A stretch of DNA of 64,000 bases from a virus. Below the pieces are notes generated by a model that had not been told where the DNA came from, made no database searches, and was given only the letters and a program-made list of their open reading frames with translations. Positions within the stretch are counted from its first letter, which is position 1, and each line of letters begins with the position of its first letter. This document shows, piece by piece, positions 36,001 through 46,600 of the stretch. The DNA lies in IMG/VR virus record IMGVR_UViG_3300028393_000022; one strand, 5' to 3'. The position numbers and the translations under genes were made by a program.

Positions 36001-36630
36001 ATGAAACCCACTTATCTAAGAGAACACCTAAGTTTCGATCAGTCCGGCATCGTAATGGAGTCGGACGATAAAGATGGCAAAAATCTTCACTTGAAGGGCA
36101 TTGCCATTCAAGGTGGTATTCGCAATGCGAATCAACGAGTCTATCCTGTAGATGAAATTGAACGTGCTGTGAAGACACTAAATGATCAGATTCAAAATGG
36201 TTATTCTGTATTAGGTGAAGTTGATCACCCAGATGATTTAAAAGTAAATTTGGACCGTGTATCCCATATGATCACTCAAATGTGGATGGAAGGTCCTAAC
36301 GGTTATGGCAAGTTTAAAATCTTGCCTACACCAATGGGTAACTTGATTCGCACTATGCTCGAAGCTGGTGTAAAACTTGGAGTCAGTAGTAGAGGCAGCG
36401 GCAACGTTGACGATATGTCTGGCAAAGTTTCTGACTTCGAAATTATCACTGTCGATATAGTTGCACAACCTAGCGCACCTGGCGCTTATCCTACACCTGT
36501 TTATGAGCATTTGATGAACAATCGTGGCGGGTATAGAGCACTACAGGTAGCAAAAGAAGTAAAAGAAGATCCAAAGGCCCAGAAATATTTGCAAGAGTCT
36601 CTCATGCAAATTATTAAAGGTCTAAAATAA
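36001..36630 (+). CDS. gp21: Prohead maturation protease
   Basis: NANQRVYP, GEVDHP (catalytic His), LGVSSRGSG (catalytic Ser), DIVAQPSAPGA. Confidence 0.96.
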   Translation: MKPTYLREHLSFDQSGIVMESDDKDGKNLHLKGIAIQGGIRNANQRVYPVDEIERAVKTLNDQIQNGYSVLGEVDHPDDLKVNLDRVSHMITQMWMEGPNGYGKFKILPTPMGNLIRTMLEAGVKLGVSSRGSGNVDDMSGKVSDFEIITVDIVAQPSAPGAYPTPVYEHLMNNRGGYRALQVAKEVKEDPKAQKYLQESLMQIIKGLK

Positions 36631-36647
36631 AGCCCGAGGAGAAAAAA

Positions 36648-37736
36648 ATGTTGGACGCATTCAAACAATTAGTAGAGTCTGGAGTAATGTCAGAAGAAGT
36701 TAAAACTTCTATTGAAGCTGCCTTCACTCAAAAGATTCAAGAGAATCGCGACCATGTTACCGCTGAACTTCGTGAAGAATTCGCACAAAAATACAATCAT
36801 GATAAAACTGTGATGGTAGAAGCGATCGACAAGATGTTAAGCGAGCGATTGGCCGCAGAAATGGCCGAATTGTATAATGACAAGAAGTCTCTAGCAGAAG
36901 CAAAAGTAGCGTACCAACAACGTATTGCTGAAGATGCTAAAAAACTAGAAGGTTTTGTTATTAATCAATTAGGCAGAGAGTTAGTCGAGTTCCAAGGAGA
37001 CCGTAAGAAAGTTTCTGAGAACTTTGGTAAGTTAGAGCAGTTTGTTGTACATGCTCTAGCAAAAGAAATTGGTGAATTCGCTGTAGACAAGCGTGATCTA
37101 GCTGAAACGAAAGTTAAGTTGGTACGTGAAGCAAAGAGCAAGTTTGATCAAATCCGTCAAGCCTTTATTACACAAAGCGCAAGAGTAGTTGAAAGTACAG
37201 TCACTAAAAAGTTAACATCTGAAATTAAGCAATTGAAAGAAGATATTGACAGTGCCCGTAACAATGACTTTGGTCGTAGATTGTATGAAGCGTTTGCACA
37301 AGAGTATTCTGGTTCCTTCCTAAATGAAAAGTCCGAGACAAGTAAATTGTTAAAGATCATCGCTAAGAAAGATCAAGAACTAGCAGAAGCAAAACAAGTG
37401 GTATCGGAAAAAGCAAATCTAGTAGAATCTGCGCAACGTGAAATTCGCGTTACAAAAGATCTAATAGAGCGTAAAACCGTTATGGCAGAATTGCTATCAC
37501 CACTAGCTGGTGAAAAGAGAGTGGTTATGCAAGACCTTTTAGAGTCAGTTCAGACTGTAAAATTGCACGCCGCATTTGAGAAATACCTACCCGCAGTAAT
37601 GGAAGGCGCCCAAAAGCAAGCACCTAAAAAGATGTTAGCCGAAGGCACTGAAGTAACTGGTAATCGTGAAAGCAAGCCAGCGGTAGGCTTAGATAATATT
37701 GTTGATATCCGCAAGTTAGCGGGTTTAACAAAATAA
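36648..37736 (+). CDS. gp22: Prohead core scaffolding protein
   Basis: 362-aa coiled-coil protein between gp21 and gp23; FGRRLYEAF; C-terminal IRKLAGL. Confidence 0.85.
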   Translation: MLDAFKQLVESGVMSEEVKTSIEAAFTQKIQENRDHVTAELREEFAQKYNHDKTVMVEAIDKMLSERLAAEMAELYNDKKSLAEAKVAYQQRIAEDAKKLEGFVINQLGRELVEFQGDRKKVSENFGKLEQFVVHALAKEIGEFAVDKRDLAETKVKLVREAKSKFDQIRQAFITQSARVVESTVTKKLTSEIKQLKEDIDSARNNDFGRRLYEAFAQEYSGSFLNEKSETSKLLKIIAKKDQELAEAKQVVSEKANLVESAQREIRVTKDLIERKTVMAELLSPLAGEKRVVMQDLLESVQTVKLHAAFEKYLPAVMEGAQKQAPKKMLAEGTEVTGNRESKPAVGLDNIVDIRKLAGLTK

Positions 37737-37754
37737 TAATTCAAGGAGACGTAA

Positions 37755-38936
37755 ATGTCACAACTATTAAATGAAAGATGGTCAGAGACCAAAGAAGCTC
37801 TGCTTGAAGGCCTATCCGGTACCCGTAAGTCTTCTATGGCAGTTTGCCTAGAAAATACACGCCGTCATTTGGCTGAAAGCGCAACCGCTGGTGCTACAAG
37901 TGCCGGCAACATCGCAACACTTAACCGTGTTATTCTTCCAGTAATTCGTCGTGTTATGCCGACAGTTATTGCTAACGAAATCATCGGCGTTCAGCCAATG
38001 ACAGGACCTGTTGCACAGATCCACACACTACGTGTTCGTTATGCTGATGGTGTTAACTCTGGTGATGTAGTAACAGCCGGTGAAGAAGCACTAAGCCCAT
38101 TCAAGATCGCTGCTGCTTACTCCGGTAACAACAGTGCCACTGCTGGTGGTGCTACAACTGCTAACCTAGAAGGTTCTCCAGGTAAGCGTATGAGCATCCA
38201 GATCTTGAAGACACCGGTTGAAGCAAAAAGCCGCAAGCTATCTGCTCGTTGGACCTTTGAAGCTGCTCAAGATGCACAAGCCCAACAAGGCATTGACATC
38301 GAAGCAGAAATCATGGCTGCACTAGCACAAGAAATCACAGCTGAAATTGATCAAGAGATCCTAGCTTCTTTACGTAGCTTGGCTTCTGTTGAAGAAACAT
38401 ACGACCAGTCGTTAGTTTCTGGTACAGCTACATTCGTTGGTGACGAACATGCTGCTCTAGCGATCCAGATCAACCGCGTAAGCAATTTGATTGCTCAGCG
38501 TACACGTCGTGGTTCTGCTAACTGGGCTGTTGTTTCTAACCAAGCATTGACAATTCTACAATCTGCTACTACAAGCGCATTTGCTCGTACAACAGAAGGT
38601 ACATTTGAAGCTCCTACAAACACTAAGTTTGTTGGTACATTAAATGGCGCAATGAGAATTTATGTTGACGCATATAAGTCTGATACAGACGATAATAACC
38701 AGATCCTAGTTGGATATAAAGGTTCTAGCGAAGCAGATGCTGCTGCGTTCTACTGCCCTTATATTCCGTTGATGAGTTCTGGTGTTGTTCTAGATCCAGC
38801 AACATTTGAGCCAGTAGTTGGCTTCCTAACACGTTACGGTTATGTAGAGTTGAGCAACACTGCTTCTTCTCTAGGTAATGCTGCTGACTACTTAGGAAAA
38901 GTTGCTATCACTAGCGCAAACGTAAGCTTCAAGTAA
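37755..38936 (+). CDS. gp23: Major capsid protein
   Basis: VIRRVMPTVIANEIIGVQPMTGP, VEAKSRKLSARWTFEAAQD, AFYCPYIPL, FLTRYG. Confidence 0.97.
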   Translation: MSQLLNERWSETKEALLEGLSGTRKSSMAVCLENTRRHLAESATAGATSAGNIATLNRVILPVIRRVMPTVIANEIIGVQPMTGPVAQIHTLRVRYADGVNSGDVVTAGEEALSPFKIAAAYSGNNSATAGGATTANLEGSPGKRMSIQILKTPVEAKSRKLSARWTFEAAQDAQAQQGIDIEAEIMAALAQEITAEIDQEILASLRSLASVEETYDQSLVSGTATFVGDEHAALAIQINRVSNLIAQRTRRGSANWAVVSNQALTILQSATTSAFARTTEGTFEAPTNTKFVGTLNGAMRIYVDAYKSDTDDNNQILVGYKGSSEADAAAFYCPYIPLMSSGVVLDPATFEPVVGFLTRYGYVELSNTASSLGNAADYLGKVAITSANVSFK

Positions 38937-38964
38937 TCCGTTACTTGTTTTTACACAAACAATC

Positions 38965-38986
38965 AACCCGCTTCGGCGGGTTTTTT
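38965..38986 (+). terminator. Rho-independent terminator with cUUCGg tetraloop
   Basis: AACCCGC-TTCG-GCGGGTT followed by a T run, just after gp23. Confidence 0.9.
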
Positions 38987-38999
38987 GTTGACTATCCAA

Positions 39000-39065
39000 T
39001 AAATAGCTTTGTTCGCCCTTTAAGGGTTTTATGCGGTACCATCCGCGTAGATCATAGAACGATCT
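39000..39065 (+). promoter_or_regulatory. Late promoter plus structured 5' leader (three hairpins, possible pseudoknot)
   Basis: TAAATA 39000-05; hairpins GCCCT/AGGGT, TATGCGG/CCGCGTA and GATC/GATC; the loop GAAC (39057-60) complements the 5' GTTC (39011-14). Confidence 0.55.
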
Positions 39066-39085
39066 TAACACAAGGAGAAAATAAA

Positions 39086-39997
39086 ATGGGACGTCCAATT
39101 AAAGACAAATTTTTCGGTAGTTCAACTACCCCTTATCAAAACGCCAACGTTGGCGGCCGTACTGGTGTCGGCGGCGAAAGCGTAACATCAGTAATTGCTG
39201 TTGCTAGTTCAGGAACATTGTATTCCGCAGGTGCAACACTAGTAGTAAGCGCACCAAACATTGCAGGTGGTATCAGAGCCACTGCCACACCTACAATTAG
39301 TCTTCCTGGTATCGGCGGTATTACTGCTGTTACATTAGGTACAGCTGGAACTGGTTATACTGCAACTGCTACCATAACAGTTACTACTGCTAGTTCTGTT
39401 ACTAAAACAACAACTGGTACAATTTCAACAAATATCATTTATCCTGCAGATACAACTGGAGTTCAAGTAGGTATGAAAGTTGTTGGTACAGGTATTAACG
39501 CAGGTGCAACATACGTTACTGCTGTCTACTCAACAGGTACTGTTGTATCGGCTGCAAACGCAGGAGCAGTTAGTGGCGCAGTGGTCTTCCTTGACGCAGG
39601 TTCTGGATTTGCCGCAGTCACAGCGTTAACAACTACTACATTTAACGCTATACAAATCATCTCTTATGTTCCAAATGGTTCAAGTGGTATCAGTGGTGGC
39701 GACATCATGAAGCAAGAAGGAAGCCGCCGTTACCTAGTTCAAAATGCACAAGGTCAAGGAATCTGCAAATTGTCTACTGGTACATTAGTTGCTGGTGGCA
39801 TGCACATTATTGCTACAGATTCTGCAGGTGACACATATTGGGTTACTAAGTTAACAAGTCGCAAAGCAAACTTGTATCCAAGATCAAATACAGGTACATC
39901 TATCTATAGTACTATCAAAGTAGCACCATGGACAATTGGCAGTGCATCTGGTACTACTACTGGAACTGCTATTGTTTCTCTAAGCCACACAGTTTAA
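39086..39997 (+). CDS. Thr/Gly-rich virion protein (possible head decoration)
   Basis: Start moved to ATG 39086 after AAGGAG; MGRPIKDKFFG N-terminus, IMKQEGSRRYLV C-terminal domain; follows gp23. Confidence 0.6.
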   Translation: MGRPIKDKFFGSSTTPYQNANVGGRTGVGGESVTSVIAVASSGTLYSAGATLVVSAPNIAGGIRATATPTISLPGIGGITAVTLGTAGTGYTATATITVTTASSVTKTTTGTISTNIIYPADTTGVQVGMKVVGTGINAGATYVTAVYSTGTVVSAANAGAVSGAVVFLDAGSGFAAVTALTTTTFNAIQIISYVPNGSSGISGGDIMKQEGSRRYLVQNAQGQGICKLSTGTLVAGGMHIIATDSAGDTYWVTKLTSRKANLYPRSNTGTSIYSTIKVAPWTIGSASGTTTGTAIVSLSHTV

Positions 39998-40014
39998 TAT
40001 TTTGTAAAAATATT

Positions 40015-40040
40015 ATGGGGGGCTTGTCCCCCCATTCTCT
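40015..40040 (+). terminator. Probable intrinsic terminator
   Basis: ATGGGGGG-CTTGT-CCCCCCAT hairpin followed by pyrimidines, after stop 39997. Confidence 0.65.
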
Positions 40041-40059
40041 TATCTAGGTAAATAATGGT

Positions 40060-40584
40060 ATGACCACTAATTGGACCTTACCAACAAATGTAATTCAGTA
40101 CGCAGAAGAAGGCGGAGAAGATGCTCATGTTTCTTGGTTAGAAACAGATAACTTCCATGGTCTAAAAGATATCGACGGTAAGTCGGTGCGGACAACTAGA
40201 GATTTATTTCACATTGCTAGAGATCCTAGACATGATATATTACAAAAAACATATTATTTAAAATTAACAGGATTTAATTTTGTAAATTTACCAGAAACAT
40301 TATCTGGTATTGGAATGCAATTAACTATTAATAGGTATGGTAGAATCACTGATGAAACTATACAATTATGTTCTTATGGTAATATAGTAGGTGAAAATCA
40401 AGCGTCTTTAAATTTAGACACTAAAAAAATATACGGAAATGCTAATTCTATTTGGGGTAGCAATTTAAATATGGCACAAATTCAAGATTCGTCATTTGGA
40501 GTTATAGTAAGGTTCCAAAGCCACCCAAGTTGGCCTCATAGAAGTAGTCCTTTGATTGATGCGGTTGAGCTTAGGATATATTAA
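40060..40584 (+). CDS. Hypothetical late (structural) protein
   Basis: 174-aa ORF; TAAATA at 40049-54, 5 nt before the ATG. Confidence 0.6.
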   Translation: MTTNWTLPTNVIQYAEEGGEDAHVSWLETDNFHGLKDIDGKSVRTTRDLFHIARDPRHDILQKTYYLKLTGFNFVNLPETLSGIGMQLTINRYGRITDETIQLCSYGNIVGENQASLNLDTKKIYGNANSIWGSNLNMAQIQDSSFGVIVRFQSHPSWPHRSSPLIDAVELRIY

Positions 40585-40611
40585 AAAAAATAAATACAGT
40601 GAGGATCAAAA

Positions 40612-43600
40612 ATGGCAACTACTTACTTTTCTAATACACCGCCTGGTGCAGCATCATCAACAACGAATATTACTGTTGAAAACATTCCTAACGATTATTT
40701 TTTAAACGCTAAAGCAAAAATAAATCTCAAGTCCGGTGCTGATACTAGTATCACAGCCGGCGGAAAAGCAGAAATTGACGCAAACAGTGATGTAAAAATA
40801 ATTTCTGAAGGCGGTATTGTTGCAATTGAATCGAGTGCCGACAAAATAACTATAAAAGCAGCAACTGATGTTACAGTTACTGCTAGAGGCAAGGCTATTG
40901 TAGATGCTCCCGAAACTGATATTTTACATGATTCTGTATTAGGATCCGATGTTGGGACTGATACAACTGAATTTAAATCAAAAATTAAAAGTAATATTCT
41001 GCCTAAAGGAACTAATTATAACATAGGCGATGCTAGTAATATTTGGAAAAAATCTTTTTTTGATGAGGGAGAATATTTTAGCGAAAATAACGTAGGCAAT
41101 CAATACTTAGAATACGGCGTTAATGGCCGACCTTATAACCCAGCTGACATATATGATACTGCTGAACACAGAAAAACTGGTGCAGTATACGTACACGGTG
41201 GTGTAGGTATTGAGAAAGATTTAAACGTTGGTGGTAGAATTTATGGTCGTATTGAAATTGCCAACACATCTTTCCAAATTGTTGTTACCGCAACAAATGC
41301 GGACATTGTATTTCATCCGTTATTTGCAAGAAGTACCGGCGAACAATTTTTATTTGTAGATATCCAAGGTATTGACCAAGGAGGCTCAGCAGGACTGACA
41401 TACAATCCCTATACTGGTAAGTTGGGAACAGAATTATTAAAAGTTGTATCCACTTCTGCTGCAAATTCAACCGATGGTGCTGTAAGAGTTGAGGGTGGTA
41501 TTAGTGTTGGTAAGAACATTGTTACTAAAGAAATTACACCCCCTGATGATGCAGATGTTGCAACAGAAATTTACTCGGTTGGTGTTAATTCTAGCCAATG
41601 GGCAGACGCATACGTACATAATTTATATACTAGGGTAATTGGTTCTACTACTGGTACAATTGAAATGCGTCCAGATGCTGGCGTTGTTGACATGTTTAGC
41701 GATATTAGAGTAAGAGGACAGAATCCAATCGGTACTGCTCCTGTTGTTACAAACATCTTATATGTCACTATGGACGGCGCCGATACTAATGATGGTCGCG
41801 CAATGGATCCAAGCCGGGCTTGTCGTACAATTGGGGCAGCATTGAAGAGTCCTTATTATCAGTCTGGCACACAAATACGTGTTGCACCGGGACATTACTT
41901 AGAAGACAATCCTCTACAATTGAAACCATATACAAGTATTATGGGTTCGGACTTAAGGACATGTAGTATTGAACCAATTAATAAAACACAAGATTTATTC
42001 CATGTTAATAGCGGATGCTATCTTGCATTCATGCAATTCTTGAACGGACGTAGTGGATTGTTAGAAGGCCCATATGATCCTCAATATAATCGAGGAGCAT
42101 ATTGCACATCATTTCCTCCTCTAGAAGGTGATGCACGTATTGATCTGTTCCATTCGCCATACATTCAAAACTGTACTAATCAAAATGGTCCATGGTTAAC
42201 AGATGGTACTATGTTTGTTCCAAATCAAACTGTGCAAATTCCTAGAGTTGTTGGCACAGGTACATGGATCGCTAACACAACTACTTTGGTTATTCATGCA
42301 ACTACTGGCACAATTGCTCAAGGCGATTATATTAATGCTGGACAACAAAATCCAGGATTTTTTGAAGCCCGCACATTGATGCTAGCCAATAAACCTTTCT
42401 TGCAAGAACAAGTTGTTGCTTATGTTGATGTTACATTTAACACGAGCTCTTTTAGTTATAATGTAACAAAATGTCGTCGAGATATTGGGTTAATTTTAGA
42501 CAGCATTTCTACCGACATGCTATACAACGATACTAGTGATAGCACATTTGCTGGCTTACAATATTGGAATCAAACTAGTTCTGCTATTGCAGGAGAACAA
42601 ACTACTACTACAAATGCAATTAATTATCTAAAAGGGTTAGCTGCAACTGTTGCATTAAACGCAGGTAGTTCATCTGCACAAACAAGAGTAAACACGCTGT
42701 TTACAGTTATTACTGATATTATAACCAATGGTACTGTTGGAGTAAGTGATTCGATTATTGCAAACGGATTACCTAGTACTGATCCTCAGTACACTAATGC
42801 ATATACTGCTTTATTGGCAAATAAAGAAACATTTAAGACACAAGTTCTATCATGGATTGGGTCTAACTATCCAACATTTGTTTATAATACATCTACATGT
42901 GCAAGAGACGTTGGATACATTATCGATAGCGTAGCATTTGATGTTCTGCACTCCGGCAATAGACAGAGTATTAAATCTGGAGTTTATTATTACAATTACA
43001 GTACAACTAGTACAACAATTGCAAATCAAATTCCACAGACTACATTAGCATATAATTTTATTAAATCAATTATTACTAATATTGTAACTGGTATTCCGTT
43101 ACCTACAGTATACCAAACAGCTACTACTCAAGTTATTATTGGCCAGCCTATAGCCAGTAGTTACGAAGCAATTTCTTTACAAAATAAAATTGATATTATA
43201 ACTGATATTATTAGGCATGGTCCTAGTGTTGCAGTTAATCAAACACCCGAGTATGTTACTCTTTCGATCAATGAAGAAAAAGTAAACGCATTTAATATGT
43301 TGTTAACTAATAAAGATTTTATTAAAGCAGAAGTAATAGCTTACTTAAATAAAAACGCAAACACATTTAATTATAGTAAAGAACTTTGCTATAGAGACAC
43401 TGGAATATTAATTGAAAACGTTGCATATGATGCTGCTTTTGGTGGTAATGAAAAATCCATCCAAAGTGGTTTAGCATATTACGACGGAGTTATTAGTAGG
43501 ATATCTGGACAAGAAACCCAAACTTCTGCTGCCATTGACTATCTAAGTAAAATGGTCCAGTCCATCATTGTTAATAACACATGGACTAATATTTTAACGG

Positions 43601-46600
43601 TGCCGGCAGTTATTGCACCTTATGGCACACATAACCAAGTTAGAAACACTGTGATGACACGGGGTGCTGTTGCCTCAAGCGCAATAGATCAGTGTTTCAA
43701 CACAATTACCGTTATCATTAATAACGGTCCAACAGCAGCACCTGCTATGTATAAGTCAGGCTGCCCCGATGCGGCATTTGTCAGTGCTGAAATTTTAATG
43801 CAGGCAAATCGTAGATTTATTCAAGAAGATACAATCAACTGGATCAACAACACTGTTAAGGCATTCCCTTACAGCAGAATAAAGTGCAAGAGAGATATTA
43901 ATATTATTGTTGATTCTATAGCTTACGACTTATTGTATCCTACTGCTAAGAGAAGTCAAAGTACTTTCTCAGCATTACAATATTGGTCTCAAGGAAATTA
44001 CACAGGCATTATTGAAGCTCAACTTGGCCCAACAATTGATGCAATTAAATATCTAAAAGAATTATCAGTTAAAGTTGTACAAAATATTAAACCTACTGAC
44101 GACCTAGTTAATAGATATCAGTTTGTTGTTTCTCAAAATACGTCATTAGAATCTGCTAGCTCAGTAGAGGCCGCATTAATTGCTGCAAATTTTGATATTA
44201 TACTTTCCATTGTTAAAGGAAATAGCAAAGGATGGACTGACAAAATAGTTCCTAACGGACCAGAAACTAATTTATTAGGTATTAAAAATGCTTTTAATTT
44301 ATTAGAAGCTAACAAAGCATATATGGCAGCTGAAGTAATTGCATATATCACAGCAGTTCATCCTAATTTTACCGCATATAGTACATCTACCTGTGCTCGT
44401 GATGTTGGGTTAATTACTGATTCGATTGCATTTGATTTAAAACATGGCGGTAATAGACAAGCAATTCAAGCAGGCCTAAGTTATTATTCAGTGTCTGGCT
44501 CTACAAATACTATACACGGTCAGGAAACACAAACAATTGTTGCCTTTAATAGGATTAAAGATATTGTTGATGGAATTATGACTGGCAACTTAGTTGCAGC
44601 AAGTACTGGAACTATTGCTTCACAAGTAATATTACCTAATGTTGCTACTTTGAGTGAAGTAAGATATGTTCAACAATCTATCTCTACTATTACAGATATC
44701 ATAATTTATGGTCCTAGCATATCAAGTGGATTAACCAGTATTGCCTTAACTGCAAGTACTGTAACTTCTGTAATAAATGGTTTTAATTTACTACAGGCCA
44801 ACAAGAAATTCATAGTTGATGATGTAATACATTTTATCGATTGGAACTATAATAGGTCTAGTTTTGATTATAATGAGGAACTATGCTATCGTGATACGGG
44901 ACTTATTGTCGATGCAGTGAGCCAAGATATTTTATTAGGCGGAAATTACAAATCAGTAGAAGCTGGTTTAGCTTATTGGAATTTTGGTTACAACCAAGTA
45001 GCTGGTCAAGAAACCACAACTACTATGGCGTTAAATTATGCTAGAGATATAGCATTACAAATCATTGCCAATACACCCGTTACTCCTCAAACACAAACTA
45101 GTATAACACAAGTTATTAATCCATTCTTTGAATACGGTGGCGACTATATGCCACAAGAAGCAATAAAACGCAATTTTAAAATTATTACTGATATTATTCA
45201 GAAGGGTCCAATGTATGCTCCACCCCGTTATATGGGGGGAGGATTATTTGCTCTAGTTGGTATCAATGGAGCCGATGTTAAAATTTCTCCTAGAGTAACG
45301 TCAGTTACCACAGTGACAACTGGCACATACATTGTAGGTTTAGATACTTCAACAGTCGGCTTTGGCAACAACGCAACATTATACTTTGGTGATACATTAG
45401 TTTATCCTAAACAAAATGCAGAAGTAGAAGCACTAAGTTTAGAATACACAGGCGATGCAACCACATGGAATCGACGTAAGGTTGATCCTATCGGTGGCAT
45501 GGGCGGTAGTTTAGTTGATGGTGCAGTTATCAGCTCACGTAGTCCTATTAACAGTTTTGTATATGATGCATTTACGCAGGTTAATCAAGGAGGCCGCGGC
45601 ATTAGAATCACTAATGATGGATATGCACAATTAGTTTCTGTGTTTACAATTTTCTGTTCTACCGGAGTGCAAGTTGACAACGGCGGAATTGCATCTATTG
45701 TTAACAGTAACGCCAACTTTGGCGATCTTTGTTTAGTTGCTAAAGGTTATGGACAACGCAAATTCAGCGGCACTGTTTATAATCCTGTAAACAAGTCATA
45801 CCCAGATGATCCAGAATTTAACAATTATTACCCGGCAGGATATTGGCCAAATAATGCTCGTGCAAGAGTCTTTATCCCTGACCTAGCAGATCGTCCACAT
45901 ATTTCTCTAGTAATGGAAGTTGTACCTCCCGATACAATGGTAGATTATACAGGATTGGTCGTACCTCAGGCAAACGAACAAGGATTTTCAGGATTCTTAA
46001 ATGCTGTTCCTAATTTGGGAATCTTAACTACGGGAACTATTACATTAACTGGTATTGATACTACTGGCATTGCTGTAGGTAATGCATTATACATAAGAGA
46101 TCAAAATGGTAGCCAAACTGGTACAAATGGCATATTATATGCTGCTAAGGATACTATTGTTACCGATGTAGGATATCAAAGTGTTACATTAAACAAAGCA
46201 TTAACTAGTGGCGGATTCGATCCTACAAATACAACATCAACAGTTAATTCTAACTATTTTAATTTGTATTTCTGTGGTAATGCATACTATACAGTATTGA
46301 GTAGCGAAATTGGTGATAATCCTGTGCCAGTTGGAACAAATGTGATACGTGATGTAATTACAGGAGATCAGCGTCCTGCACATATTTCTTCATTACAGAG
46401 ATTAAATTCTATTGTTATCCAAGCTATTAAGAATCAGGCTATTACTACTTCTACTACCTATGTAGTAGCAAAACAATCGTTTGAACCATTATTAACCGAT
46501 GGTGGTTTTGCCGAAACATTTATCAATCAAAGATTTGAAAACTTAATTCAAATTATTAATCCAACGCTGGCATCCCCTCCGTTATCAGATGACCTTACCG

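Noticed and set aside
38945-39085. N-terminal extension of the ORF after gp23, or capsid read-through
   Set aside because: Spans the terminator and promoter; no slippery site seen; a strong RBS precedes ATG 39086.
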